The translations under genes and the position numbers were made by a program. Below the pieces are notes generated by a model. That model was given only the letters and a program-made list of their open reading frames with translations, made no database searches and had not been told where the DNA came from. DNA of 64,000 bases from Octopus vulgaris. Lineage: Eukaryota. Below, piece after piece: positions 37,482 to 47,312 of this stretch (its first letter is position 1; each line of letters opens with the position of its first letter). The stretch is from contig OX597827.1 in NCBI GenBank assembly GCA_951406725.2, positions 61,566,001 through 61,630,000 of the forward strand, written 5' to 3'.

Positions 37482-40400
37482 CACACACATACAAAGACAA
37501 TAAAAATTAAAATGTAAAAAACAATTCTAATGTCTAGCTACTCACCTGGAGGACAGTCTGTGAAGCGAACTCCAAGAAGGACAATTTCCACTGTTGTAGC
37601 CAAAACCAGAATATATCTAATACTTGACTGAAATACATCTGTAATGAGAGAGCGTGAAGCATTGAGTTCAAAAGTAACAACGAATAAATGAAAAATTCAA
37701 TACCAATCTTATAACAGTTGAGAATTTGGTGGGGCTGTGTTAATTGTGAAAATATTTTGTACATGCCAGGAGATCCTAAAGCCAAGGTGTCACGTAAAAA
37801 GCACCCAGTACACTCTACAAAGGTGGCAAGCTGGCAGAAACGTTAGCACGCATGGCGAAATGCTTAGCGGTATTTCGCCTGCCGCTACGTTCTGAGTTCA
37901 AATTCCGCCGAGGTCGACTTTGCCTTTCATCCTTTCGGGGTCGATTAAATAAGTACCAGTTACGCACTGGGGTCAATATAACCGACTTAATCCGTGTCTG
38001 TCCTTGTTTGTCCCCTCTGTGTCTAGCCCCTTGTGGGTAGTAAAGAAATAGGTGTTAGGAAGGACATCCAGCCATAGAAGCCAAGCCAAAACAGACTATG
38101 GAACCTGACATGGCCCCTAGCATTGACAGTTCCTGTCAAGCCATCCAACCCATGCCAGCATGGAAAACAGATGTTGAATGATGATGAAAATGATGATGTG
38201 GCTGTTTGGTTACATTTGCTTCTCAACAATTCAGTTTCAGGTTCTAACCCACTGCATAGCACCTTGGGCATTTGCCTTCTACAATAGCCCCAAGTCAACC
38301 AACAGAAACTGAAAGAAGCCCATCATTTATTAATATGCACTTGCTCCTGTTCTTCCATTATGCTTTCATATCCTTCAATACTACACTCCACTCAGCTGAG
38401 GAATCTTGTCTTGCAAAGTACTTGGTCATCTCACCAATGCCGGTGCCATGAATAAAGCACCCAGTCCACTCTGTGAAGTGGTTGCACTAAGAAAACATCC
38501 AGCGGTAGAAACCCAAGCAAAACGAGACATTGGAGCTCAGTGCACCCTGACTGCTTGTCAGTTAATGTCAAAATGTCCAAACTATGCCATCATGGAAAAA
38601 AGAGCACTAAATAATAATAGTGATGATACATACATACATACATATCATCATCATCATTTAACGTCCGCTTTCCATGCTAGTATGAGTTAGACGGTTTGAC
38701 TGAGGGCTGTCAAGCCAGAAGGCTGCACCAGTCTCCAATTTGATCTGGCAAAATTTCTACAGCTGGATGCTCTTCCTAAGACCAACCACTCCAAGAGTGT
38801 AGTGGGTGCTTTTACATGCCACCGACACAAGGGCCAGTCAGGCAGTACTGGCATCAGCCATGCTCAAATGGTGCTTTTTACATGCCTCCAGCACAGGAGC
38901 CAGTCCGGCGGCATTGGCAATGACCACACTCAAATGGTGCTTTTATATGTGCCACCGGCACAGGAGCCAGTCAGCAGCCCTGGCAACGATCACGCTCAAA
39001 TGGTGCTTTTAACATTCCATCGGCACAGGTGCCAATCAGGTGGTACTGTCATTGGCCACGACAGCGATTTCACTTGCCTCAACAAGGCTTTGCAAGCATA
39101 GTTTATTGTCCAATGATTGAAGTGTCCTCTTAAATGGGCTGGTTATACAGCACTGACATTGCCCAGGATAACTTTGGCACATAAAAAGCACCCACTACAC
39201 TCTCGAAGTGGTTGGCGTTAGGAAGGGCATCCAGCTGTAGAAACTCTGCCAAATCAAGATTGGAGCCTGGTGCAGCCATCTGGTTCGCTAGCCCTCAGTC
39301 AAAATCGTCCAACCCATGCTAGCATGGAAAGCGGACGTTAAACGATGATGATGATAACAAGGAAAGTGAATATATCACTTTCCATGTTTTAAATGAAGCT
39401 GACAGAATGAAGAGCTTCAAAACGTTGTTGACCATCCAACGTACTAGCCGCAACTGAACAAACTTTTTATCTGAAGATACATTCTAGCCTTGTGTGGAGT
39501 TGTTGCTCGAATTCGTGCAACGCCGTCCCTACCTGGTTAGCGTCTGCAACTAACTCGCACCCCAGTGAAAAAATAGATTTCTCATGTCTCACTACAAATT
39601 TTTGCCAAACCCAAGCAAGCATCGAAAAGGGGACATTAATGATGAGGAGGAGGATATAATCAGTGTATCTCATTAGATTTATCACCAGAAAAATGTGTAA
39701 GAAACAGTATGTGAAAAAAGTGAAGTGGAAAAACAACATCATCAACTTACCTGGTTTTGGGGGCACCAAAGCGGCACACAGGATTGTTTCATCAACTCCA
39801 TCATAATAAGCAACGTCTTGCCTGCAGGAATTTGAGATTGCATTAGCAGTCATCAATAACAAATAATAAGTATGAGGATGGTGAGAGGGTGGGGTGGAGT
39901 GGGTTCATTCTTACATTGGTCACAAAACATAAGGGATTTTGTAGGTAAGGTATTATAGTTGAAGGAATTGACTACCATTACCACCATCATTTACCCTCAT
40001 TATCATCTCAGTATATACAGGATTACAGCAGGAAGGAAGGTGGTTTAGCCCTCAATACAGATCATAAAGCAATGCATTTAGATGTGAAAAACTTCGAGCC
40101 AGGCACCCAACCATTTTTGATATGCCACTGCAACTCCTCAATAATTATTTCAAATTCTAGCACAATGTCACATCAACCCTAGTGCTCAACTGGTATTTTA
40201 TTCATTCCAAAAGGATGAAAGGCCAAGTTGACTTTGGTGGAATATGAATTCAAAAAGTAAAGTGCCAGTAGAAATACCACTAAGCAATGTATCCAACATA
40301 TTAAATAATTCTACAAGCTCAGGAGGTGCAGGAGTGGCTGTGTGGTAAGTAGCTTGCTTACCAACCACATGGTTCCGGGTTCAGTCCCACTGCGTGGCAC

Positions 40401-43400
40401 CTTGGGCAAGTGTCTTCTACTATAGCTTCGGGCCAACCAAAGCCTTGTGAGTGGATTTGGTTGACGGAAACTGAAAAGAAGCCCGTCGTATATATGTATA
40501 TGTGTATAAATATATATGTGTGTGTGTGTGTGTGTGTCTGTGTTTGTCCCCCAACATCGCTTGACAACCAATGCTGGTGTGTTTAAAACCCCGTAACTTA
40601 GCGGTTCGGCAAAAGATACCAATAGAATAAGTACTAGGCTTATCAAAGAATAAGTCCCGGAGTCAATTTGCTCAACTAAAGGTGGTGCTCCAGCATGGCT
40701 GCAGTCAAATGACTGAAACAAGTAAAAGAGTAAAAAGAGCTCGCCACCTTTTTAATAATGGATAGCATGGAGTAAAAACACCTTGTTGTTGCTGAAACCA
40801 GTAACATCAATGTTACTGTTTAGCTTTAAAGACAACCTTCATTGAAGAGAGCTATGATGAAAGGCATTCTAGAGATGACTAACCTGTCCTTTATTTAAAT
40901 ATAGTGAATTAAGGACATTATCCCAATATGACATTCAGGTTTTCTGGGATGAGGGGCCGGATTATGGTGGTTCACTGTGATTTGAATGAGATTTGGTGAC
41001 TAATTTTAGCAAGCTGAATGACTGAACAGAGGTTCTTTCTTATTGACTCGAATCGCAGTAATGTAAAACTGACAAGCATTAGGAGCACTCCGTCGGTTGC
41101 GATGGCAAGAGTCCCAGCTGTTACACTTAATATTAAGCGACTAGAATCCTTCGATCACCTGTCTACGCCACATCCTTCGTGTCCGATGGCATCACTTTGT
41201 CTCCAACAATCTGGTGCGACACCAGTGCAAAATCACCTCCCACCGACAAGTCATCCTAACAAGACATCTGCGTTGGCTGGGTCACGCCCTCCGTCGTCAA
41301 CCAGGAGGATTCATCTATGAAGCAATTGCCCCAGCTCCCCTTCAGGGTTGGCGAAAGCAATGTGGTGGACAACGAAAAACCTGGCTGATCTGGAACCCAA
41401 CCTAGGCTCTCATGTCTATGGCGTTTGCCGCTGGAATAAGGAGTGGTTGGAGATCACAAGGTCGTTAGCCTCAAATCGCCAGGCCTGATCTTTATGAAAA
41501 ATGCAGCATTGAGGATGAATAAAGCCAGCTCAACCCACCCCGGGTGAATACTGTCTCAAGTCAAGTCAAAAGTCCCAGCTGATACGATCAACGGAACAGC
41601 TTGCTCGTGAAATTAACGTACAAGTAGTTGAGCACTCCACAAACACATGTACCCTTAACGTAGTACTCGGGGAGATTCAGCAGGATACTGTGTGACAAGG
41701 CTGGCCCTTTGAAATACAGGTACTACTCATTTTTGCCAGCTGAGTGGACTGAAGCAACATGAAATAAAGTGTCTTGCTGAAGGACACAACGCGCCACCGG
41801 GAATTGAACTCACGACCGTACGATCATGAGCCGAATGCCCCTAACCTAAGCCACACGCCTTCACTGACAAACATTAAGGTATGTAATGGCCATAAAAATA
41901 GTTGTACACAACAGGGGAGGTCACTCACGAATTAATACCTTTGAACAAAAACATATCAAGCAAGACTTAAATAACGAAAGATAATCAACTGATATAATGT
42001 GTGTTATGCCTATTTAACCCTTCAGCAGTCAGATTACTCGTCAAATGTAAATGCGTATTTATCATTTATCACCCATGCATACCAGTCTCCCATCTCCACA
42101 CCACTGATGTTATCCAAGAAAAGGCAAAGGCTGATACTGCCTGGCACCAGTGATGTCGCGACTAATTTTTACAGCTGAGTGAACTGGAGTAACATGAAAT
42201 AAAGTGTCTTGCTCAATAACACAACACACAGCCTGGTCAGCGAATCGAATTATTAACCTTATGATTGCGAGCCAAACGTCCTACCCACTGAGTTATGCAA
42301 TTCATTGTTTTGAATTGATCATGAATTATCTTGTAACTCTGAGATATCGATGTGGTTGTGTATTTTTAGAATGACATTGAAGGGTAGGTGTAAGAGGCCA
42401 GATCTGGCCAGCTTAAACATAGAACAGGTAGAATATTTTGGCTGGATATGGTCAGTTTAACGCTTTAGCATTCAAACCGGCCATATCCAGCCAAAATATT
42501 TAACCTGTTTTATATTGAAACTGACCAGATCCCACCTCTCACCTCAGCCCTACAATGTCATTCTAAAACTAAAAAATCACATCACTGAAATATCTAAACT
42601 ACAAGATAATGCATGATTAATTCAAACCATTTTAAATAAACAAACATCACATTTGATAGAATAATCTGAACACTAAAGGGTTAAATGCTCAAGGGTTAAA
42701 ACCTGTTACTTACCCATCTTCATATCTCCAGATATATATATCACTATCAATTGCAAGCCATGCCCTCTCAATTTCAGGAAACAACCCCATGGAACACTGA
42801 CACTGCATGTCTGATAGGTACTTAAGGATTAACAAAGTAAACGAGGGAGTTGTTTTTACAGCTAAGAAAGTCGAAATTTTAAGAGAAGATGAAATGATTC
42901 AGCTGGTCACAGTCTATGACTGGAGATGTAATATATCAACACCACACCAGTAATATAAGCAGCTAAACATTAAACCCAGAAGCTATTTGAGCTTAAGGAC
43001 AACAATGATGATTGATGTTGTTTAGCCCCAGGTAGATATGCAGGTATTTTGATTAGGTGTGCAGGTATTTTGAAAATACCTAACGGAATGACTACCGTCT
43101 CCTGCATAATTACCTATTTCTTTACTACCCACAAGGGGCTAAAGCAGACACTAGAGCATGTTGCAGTCCTTGGACTTATTGGAGCCTGTCAAACTCATTT
43201 ATTTATTACCCAAAGGAGCTAAACATAGAGGGGACAAACAAGGACAGACAGACGGATTAAGTCGATTATATCGACATCAGTGCACAACTGGAACTTAATT
43301 TATCGACCCCAAAAGGATGAAAGGCAAAGTCGACCTCAGCGGAATTTGAACTCAGAACGTAACGACAGACGAAGTACCGCTAAGCATTTCACCCGGCATG

Positions 43401-44247
43401 CTAACGATTCTGCCAGGTCGCCACCTTTAAATTACCAGCTACCTGCATAATTACCAGTTACCCATTGGCAAGGCCACGGATATAGTAAAGTCATGAGACT
43501 GCAGTATGGCGGATTGTGAAGAAGCAGTGGAGGAGCTCAACTGAGCCAATGGTGTTTCTTACATTGAAGCTGAGTGGCAGAATCCTAGAAGATCAACAGT
43601 CAGGATCTCCAAACTCTATCAAGGGAGTAACTGCAATGTATCCATGGATGTGTAATCAGCTAATGAAAGATTCATTATGACTCAAGCTCCCAATTCAAAT
43701 CCATAATAATAGAATTGGATGGTGACAGAGTCACATGAATCCACAAAAGAAGTGGCAAAAAAATGAGGTCAACATTAAATAGACAAATTAAGACAATCCA
43801 ACTATGAACACCTGTATGTTCCTGCAGGCAGTATACCCAGAGTAACATTATTCAATGTGTCCATCATTTTCTAAGGTGGTAGAATGTGATATAAGTTTGG
43901 CTGCTATTTCTAGCAGACCAGTGACCAGGTAGCGGCTTCTATGTTTTGGCTGCTATTTCTAGCAGACCAGTGACCAGGTAGAGGCGTCTATGTTGACTCA
44001 TGACTTGAGAGGTAGTTATGGACAGGTGAGAGATAAGTGTATTAGTCACGGACAGAGGACAGAAGTTGGGAATTCTCAACAACAAAAAAGGATACGGCCA
44101 AAATGTTCAACCAGTTCCGGAGGGAGTGGCACCTTCTTCATGTCTCCAATATCAGCAAAAATTTCGATATCCACCCTTCCATTTAAAAACGTGGGGTAGT
44201 CATAGTCATGAAGTCCACTTACTGATGGTGAATCTGAAAGAAAAAAA

Positions 44248-44290
<43 letters not shown>

Positions 44291-44448
44291 CACAGGAGTG
44301 GATGTGTGGTAAGTAGCTTGCTAACCAACCAAATGGTTCCGGGTTCAGTCCCACAGCGTGGCATCTTGGGCAAGTTTCTGCTATAGCCTCGGGCCAACCA
44401 ATGCCTTGTGAGTGGATTTGGTAGACGGAAACTGAAAGAAGCCTGTCG

Positions 44449-44480
<32 letters not shown>

Positions 44481-44701
44481 AGTGTGTGTGTATGTGTTTG
44501 TCCTCCTAGCATTGCTTGACAACCGATGCTGGTGTGTTTACGTCCCCATCACTTAGCGGTTCGGCAAAAGAGACCGATAGAATAAGTACTAGGCTTACAA
44601 AGAATAAGTCCCGGGGTCGATTTGCTCGACTAAAGGTGGTGCTCCAGCATGGCCACAGTCAAATGACTGAAACAAGTAAAAGAGAAAAGAGAAAAAGAGA
44701 G

Positions 44702-44738
<37 letters not shown>

Positions 44739-45165
44739 GAGAGGGAGGTGGTTTAATGCCAAGCATTGAGAGACTAAAGTATGATAGAAGTATGAACATA
44801 AGTGTTTTGCTACAGAGGAGGTACCTGGCTACTGCACACTGCATATAAGTGGTGCAAATAACTGAGGGAAGATAAAGATTGAAGTGATGTGGTGCCAGAA
44901 CACAAAAAAATATAAAACACAACAAAGAATCAGTAGGTACACTTACTATCAGCAGGAACATGCAAGAGGTATGACAAGTCTTGGAACTTGTCATCCTCCT
45001 GAATGTGAGTGTCAATCTGCATTACAGAACATTCTAGAGAGTCCTTTTGGCTTACCACGACCAGAGGTGATACCATGTTCATGCCAACACTGCCACTGCT
45101 CAACGACACAGGGCTCATTAAATGAGACATTGGCTACTTCTGGAAACGATCAGTCTGTTTGTCAC
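409..45165 (-). CDS. NUP155: Nuclear pore complex protein Nup155 gene, 32 coding exons in window, 3' end outside window
   Basis: Spliced translation matches recalled Nup155 motifs: [94 protein letters not shown]. All introns are GT-AG with compatible phases; 3757 coding nt. An in-frame TAG lies two codons before the ATG at 45130. Confidence 0.97.
560..1075. repeat. (GA)n/(GAGT)n microsatellite
   Basis: Seen directly; a similar tract lies at 17110-17480. Confidence 0.95.
1105..1206 (-). CDS. NUP155: Nup155 coding exon 31
   Basis: [12 protein letters not shown]...[11 protein letters not shown]; cag/gtaagt. Confidence 0.93.
1387..1615. mobile_element. piggyBac-like MITE, family 1 (other copies about 14171-15056 split, 28572-28801, 42014-42700 nested)
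   Basis: TTAA-CCCTTTAG ... CTAAAGGG-TTAA termini; internal sequence repeated across the window. Confidence 0.75.
1981..2205 (+). mobile_element. tRNA-derived SINE family B with Nin-like domain
   Basis: GGCGGCGAGCTGGCAGAA...GAGTTCAAATT...TTTCATCCTTTCGGGGTCGATAAATTAAGTACCAG. Copies at 20575-20762 and 37820-38051 (+); 43110-43430, 49603-49818 and 59375-59612 (-). Confidence 0.85.
2255..2384 (-). CDS. NUP155: Nup155 coding exon 30
   Basis: [21 protein letters not shown]...[13 protein letters not shown]; cag/gtaagt. Confidence 0.95.
2875..3465 (+). mobile_element. RTE-tailed SINE family C with internal 60-bp tandem array
   Basis: Units GGTGGCACATAAAAAACACCATCC...CAGCCTC; tail CCAACCCATGCTAGCATG...GGACGTTAAACGATGATG. 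Copies on - at 13565-13810, 26600-26910, 29390-29630, 35905-36190, 38645-39100; on + at 21260-21595, 23065-23228, 39175-39355, 57175-57410. Confidence 0.85.
4570..4727 (-). CDS. NUP155: Nup155 coding exon 29
   Basis: [11 protein letters not shown]...[27 protein letters not shown]; cag/gtgagt. Confidence 0.95.
5071..5970 (+). mobile_element. Mariner (Tc1/mariner) transposase pseudogene, 3' truncated
   Basis: Left end TTGGGTTTGCAACTAAGTTC after a TA run; frame-broken fragments [50 protein letters not shown]. Confidence 0.9.
6376..6480 (-). CDS. NUP155: Nup155 coding exon 28
   Basis: [35 protein letters not shown]; cag/gtaaaa. Confidence 0.95.
7505..8148. repeat. Purine-rich minisatellite (about 16-bp GAGGGGAGTAAGCAA unit) with higher-order duplication
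   Basis: Unit repeated many times; block AGAGTGTGTATGAGTATGTAAC(AGAC)n-AGGACAGAGG recurs near 7655, 7848 and 8092. Confidence 0.92.
8177..8327 (-). CDS. NUP155: Nup155 coding exon 27
   Basis: [12 protein letters not shown]...[29 protein letters not shown]; cag/gtaaag. Confidence 0.95.
8625..9040 (+). mobile_element. SINE family A copy
   Basis: Full-length match to the other copies. Confidence 0.9.
9959..10155 (-). CDS. NUP155: Nup155 coding exon 26
   Basis: LYKSVSQ...[34 protein letters not shown]...AYKA; cag/gtaagt. Confidence 0.95.
10218..10835. repeat. Nested foldback: Penelope-like termini in inverted orientation around inverted tRNA-like heads
   Basis: 10218-10330 is complementary to 10720-10833; 10545-10625 is complementary to 10630-10710. 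Confidence 0.8.
10898..10975 (-). CDS. NUP155: Nup155 coding exon 25
   Basis: [26 protein letters not shown]; tag/gtaagt. Confidence 0.93.
11060..12640 (-). mobile_element. Cluster of about 7 co-oriented family B SINE copies
   Basis: Repeated ...GGCACAAGG...GAAAGGATGAAAGGCAAAGT...GAATTTGAACTCAGAAC...TAAGCATTT units. Confidence 0.8.
12704..12835 (-). CDS. NUP155: Nup155 coding exon 24
   Basis: [44 protein letters not shown]; cag/gttctg. Confidence 0.95.
13839..13898 (-). CDS. NUP155: Nup155 coding exon 23
   Basis: [20 protein letters not shown]; cag/gtaaga. Confidence 0.93.
14312..14596. repeat. Near-perfect palindrome of about 285 bp
   Basis: Arms of about 140 bp centred on GCTGCAGC near 14455. 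Confidence 0.92.
15336..15469 (-). CDS. NUP155: Nup155 coding exon 22
   Basis: [18 protein letters not shown]...[18 protein letters not shown]; tag/gtaaat. Confidence 0.93.
15655..15970 (+). mobile_element. CR1-like LINE 3' fragment (second copy about 32790-33115)
   Basis: [19 protein letters not shown] motif typical of the CR1 ORF2 C-terminus; (ATT)n tail. Confidence 0.75.
16268..16359 (-). CDS. NUP155: Nup155 coding exon 21
   Basis: [31 protein letters not shown]; cag/gtatgt; needed to convert phase 2 to phase 1. Confidence 0.85.
17498..17610 (-). CDS. NUP155: Nup155 coding exon 20
   Basis: [37 protein letters not shown]; cag/gtaagt. Confidence 0.9.
18595..18790 (+). mobile_element. Helitron/Helentron-like non-autonomous element end (a related element starts about 63575)
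   Basis: AAGTTTCATCCGAATC...(ACAA)n...AAAACAATACCT...GCC..GGCGGAGGTAA terminal hairpin layout. Confidence 0.5.
18978..19044 (-). CDS. NUP155: Nup155 coding exon 19
   Basis: [23 protein letters not shown]; cag/gtaagt. Confidence 0.9.
19746..19938 (-). CDS. NUP155: Nup155 coding exon 18
   Basis: [10 protein letters not shown]...[11 protein letters not shown]...[19 protein letters not shown]; tag/gtaagc. Confidence 0.95.
21849..21941 (-). CDS. NUP155: Nup155 coding exon 17 (93 nt, phase 1-1, variable linker)
   Basis: [31 protein letters not shown]; cag/gttggt; frame-preserving, little recalled homology. Confidence 0.75.
23774..23894 (-). CDS. NUP155: Nup155 coding exon 16
   Basis: [18 protein letters not shown]...GPASYP; cag/gtaaat. 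Confidence 0.93.
23988..24440 (-). mobile_element. 3' fragment of a CR1/L2-group LINE with tail
   Basis: IYIWKILEG...[13 protein letters not shown]...[16 protein letters not shown]...AASNSL, followed by a hairpin tail and (ATAAA)n. Confidence 0.8.
24921..24983 (-). CDS. NUP155: Nup155 coding exon 15
   Basis: [21 protein letters not shown]; cag/gtaagt. Confidence 0.95.
26386..26496 (-). CDS. NUP155: Nup155 coding exon 14
   Basis: [37 protein letters not shown]; tag/gtaaac. Confidence 0.95.
27308..27463 (-). CDS. NUP155: Nup155 coding exon 13
   Basis: [14 protein letters not shown]...[21 protein letters not shown]; tag/gtctgt. Confidence 0.93.
29256..29356 (-). CDS. NUP155: Nup155 coding exon 12
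   Basis: [34 protein letters not shown]; tag/gtatgt. Confidence 0.95.
29959..30123 (-). CDS. NUP155: Nup155 coding exon 11
   Basis: GVRLYF...[16 protein letters not shown]...LAHYKK; cag/gtttgt. Confidence 0.95.
31038..31577 (+). mobile_element. Internally deleted mariner element with both TIRs
   Basis: TGGGTTGTCTGGAAAGTT ... AACTTTCCAGACAACCCAATA; encodes [20 protein letters not shown] (YSPDLAP motif). Confidence 0.9.
32510..32607 (-). CDS. NUP155: Nup155 coding exon 10
   Basis: [32 protein letters not shown]; cag/gtcagt. Confidence 0.95.
33502..33729. mobile_element. piggyBac-like MITE, family 2 (also 12907-13135, about 21228-21784, about 63300-63520)
   Basis: TTAA-CCCTTTCGTTAC ... GTAATGAAAGGG-TTAA termini; near-identical copy at 12907-13135. 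Confidence 0.8.
33959..34050 (-). CDS. NUP155: Nup155 coding exon 9
   Basis: [30 protein letters not shown]; cag/gtaaga. Confidence 0.95.
34264..34337 (-). CDS. NUP155: Nup155 coding exon 8
   Basis: [25 protein letters not shown]; tag/gtgagg. Confidence 0.95.
35576..35681 (-). CDS. NUP155: Nup155 coding exon 7
   Basis: [35 protein letters not shown]; cag/gtgagc. Confidence 0.95.
36240..36400 (-). CDS. NUP155: Nup155 coding exon 6
   Basis: GALESL...[10 protein letters not shown]...[19 protein letters not shown]; tag/gtaaac. Confidence 0.95.
36890..37060. repeat. AT-rich palindrome between (TA)n tracts
   Basis: AAATTAGAAATAAACCACCTTTTATCAATTC ... GAATTGATAAAAGGTGGTTTATTTCTAATTT. Confidence 0.88.
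37546..37638 (-). CDS. NUP155: Nup155 coding exon 5
   Basis: [31 protein letters not shown]; cag/gtgagt. Confidence 0.95.
39751..39821 (-). CDS. NUP155: Nup155 coding exon 4
   Basis: [23 protein letters not shown]; cag/gtaagt. Confidence 0.95.
40325..40739 (+). mobile_element. tRNA-derived SINE family A (CORE-like block, internal (TA)/(TG) tract)
   Basis: A/B-box head GGAGTGGCTGTGTGGTAAG...GGTTCAGTCCC; CACCTTGGGCAAGTG block; tail GGTGCTCCAGCATGG...CTGAAACAAGTAAAAG. Copies on + at 8625-9040, 20123-20499, 22167-22620, 25657-26065, 35031-35422, 44289-44690, 47122-47546; on - at 46313-46627, 49381-49988, 59688-60043. Confidence 0.9.
41080..41865 (-). mobile_element. tRNA-derived SINE family D (V/Meta-like), interrupted by the RTE fragment
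   Basis: Minus-strand head GTGAAGGCGTGTGGCTTAG...GAGTTCAATTCC...TGTGTCCTT..CAAGACACTTTATTTC...CAGTCCACTCAGCTG. Related copies at 6935-7260, 42070-42300, 62710-62935, 45990-46180. Confidence 0.75.
41121..41570 (+). mobile_element. RTE-clade LINE 3' fragment inserted in a SINE
   Basis: [11 protein letters not shown]...[12 protein letters not shown]; (TCAAG)n tail; flanking duplication AGTCCCAGCTG. Confidence 0.8.
42714..42810 (-). CDS. NUP155: Nup155 coding exon 3
   Basis: [33 protein letters not shown]; cag/gtaagt. Confidence 0.95.
42811..44095 (-). other. U12-type (minor spliceosome) GT-AG intron of Nup155
   Basis: Donor GTATCCTTT at 44095-44087; branch-point-like TCCTTAAG about 10 nt before the 3' AG, with no long polypyrimidine tract. 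Confidence 0.9.
44096..44233 (-). CDS. NUP155: Nup155 coding exon 2
   Basis: [14 protein letters not shown]...[13 protein letters not shown]; followed by U12-type donor GTATCCTTT. Confidence 0.95.
44947..45130 (-). CDS. NUP155: Nup155 coding exon 1 (exon begins 45165 with 35 nt of 5'UTR)
   Basis: MSHLMSPV...[24 protein letters not shown]; cag acceptor at 45166-45168, gtaagt donor at 44946. Confidence 0.9.
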
Positions 45166-45195
45166 CTGGAAAGAAAAAGATACAAAAAAGCATTA

Positions 45196-45690
45196 CATCA
45201 TCATCATCGTTTAACGTCCGCTTTCCATGCTAGCAAGGGTTGGACGGTTCAACTGGGGTCTGGGGAGCCCGAAAGCTGCACCAGGCCAGTCAGATCTGGC
45301 AGTGTTTCTACAGCTGGATGCCCTTCCTAACGCCAACCACTCCGAGAGTGTAGTGGGTGATTTTATGTGACACCGACACAGGTGCCAGACGAGGCTGGCG
45401 AACGGCCACGCTCGGATGGTGTTTTTTATGTGCCACCGACACAGGTGCCAGACGAGGCTGGCGAACGACCACGCACGGATGGTGTTTTTTATGTGCCACC
45501 GACACAGGTGCCAGACGAGGCTGGCAGACAGCCACGCTCGGATGGTGTTTTTTATGTGCCACCGACACAGGTGCCAGACGAGGCTGGCGAACGACCACGC
45601 TCAGATGGTGTTTTTATGTGCCACCGACACAGGTGCCAGACGAGGCTGGCGAACGGCCACGATCGGATGGTGTTTGTTACGTGCCCACAG
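45196..45690 (-). mobile_element. RTE-tailed SINE family C with five 60-bp units
   Basis: Reverse-complement near-match to 3040-3465. Confidence 0.88.
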
Positions 45691-47121
45691 CAAGATAAAA
45701 AAAATTATTGCATTGTTGCGTAGCTAAGAAACTTGCTTCGCAAACACATTTTTTTGTGGAGTTCAGTCCCACTACGCTCACCTGTGATGGACCGGCATTC
45801 CGTCCAGGTGGGGAACCTATATGCCAAGAAACCGGCCCTTATGAGCCAGGCATGGCTTGAGAAGGAACAAACAATTCTAACCATTTGGGGCCTTTCTCAA
45901 AAACTGTGGTGTCTACAAGGATTTCCAAGATGACAAGTGAGTGGGATGTTTCTCTTTCCGTGAAGTAAACTTTCTGTGCATGGCGTAATGATTAGGGTGT
46001 TGGGTACATGACTGTAAGATTATCGTTTCAATTCCTGGACTAGGTAATGTATTGTGTTGCTGAGACACTCCATTTCATGTTGCTCCAGTAAAAATGAGTG
46101 ATCCTATGACAGACTGACATCCTGTTCAGGGAGGAATAAATATGCCAGAAAAATGGGGAAACCAGCCCTGTGCTTCTTACAAGAGTAACATAGACCAAAC
46201 TTTCTGCAATAAAGTTATGCTCCGATGTCAACTGTTGGACAAATATGGACATTTTGCTAGTTGGGTAAGTGATCCATAATGCTAGAAGAGGGATATGAGA
46301 GACAATAGTTTAGTGGGGTCAGTCGAGCAAATTGCCCCCAAGACTTATTCTTTGTAAGCCTAGTACTTATTCCATCGGTTTCTTTTGCTGAACCGCTAAG
46401 TTACGGGGACGTAAACACACCCGCATCGGTTGTCAAGCGATGTTGGTGGGGGGACACAAACATATACACGCACATACATATATACTTATACATATATATA
46501 CGGCGGGCTTCTTTCAGTTTCCGTCTACCAAATCCACTCACAAGGCTTTGGTCGGTCCGAGGCCATAGTAGACGACACTTGCCCAAGGTGCCACGCAGTG
46601 GGACTGAACCTGGAACCATGTGGTTTGGTGGAGAGGGAGGGAAGAAAAATACAGCTTTCCCTATGAATGACCTATAAGGGCAAAACGGTAGATAAGCAAA
46701 GGCAAAGAAGTTTGCTTTGCAACTTCATGATTCTGAGTTCAATCTCACCATGTGGAACTTTGCAAAAGTCTTCTAGCCTTTGGCCAACCAATGCCTTGTG
46801 AGTGGATTTGGTAGACAAAAACTGCATAGAAGCCCATATGTATGTGTGTACCAGATTTTAAAATTAGTACTGGATCAATTTGCTTAAATTTTTCGAGGTG
46901 GTGCCCCAGCATGGTCACAGTCCATTGATTAAAACAAGTAAAAGGTATAAGACAATAATACAAAAGTTATTGACTTCAGACCAGTTCTACCAATTTGAGT
47001 GAAGAATTATAAAGGAACGGTTGTGGTTTAGTCCAGGGGGTCAAACCGGATTGAACAAACCTAAGGTCTGAGATATTCCAACAATAACCATCTGGGTTTT
47101 TTCTTTGTCTTTTTTTTTTAA

Positions 47122-47279
47122 GGCTGGCTATGTGGTAAGTAGCTTGCTTACGCATCACATGGTTCCGGGTTCAGTCCCACTGCGTGGCACCTTGGGCAAG
47201 TGTCTTCTACTATAGCCTCGGGCCGACCAAAGCCTTGTGAGTGGATTTGGTGAACGAAAACTGACAGAAGCCCGTCGTA

Positions 47280-47312
<33 letters not shown>

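Noticed and set aside
40311-40721. Recurrent ORFs with [17 protein letters not shown] or QIHSQGFG
   Set aside because: Antisense translations of SINE family A
43895-43995. 50-bp tandem duplication inside the U12 intron
   Set aside because: Local duplication of a common dispersed repeat (TTGGCTGCTATTTCTAG); no sign of function
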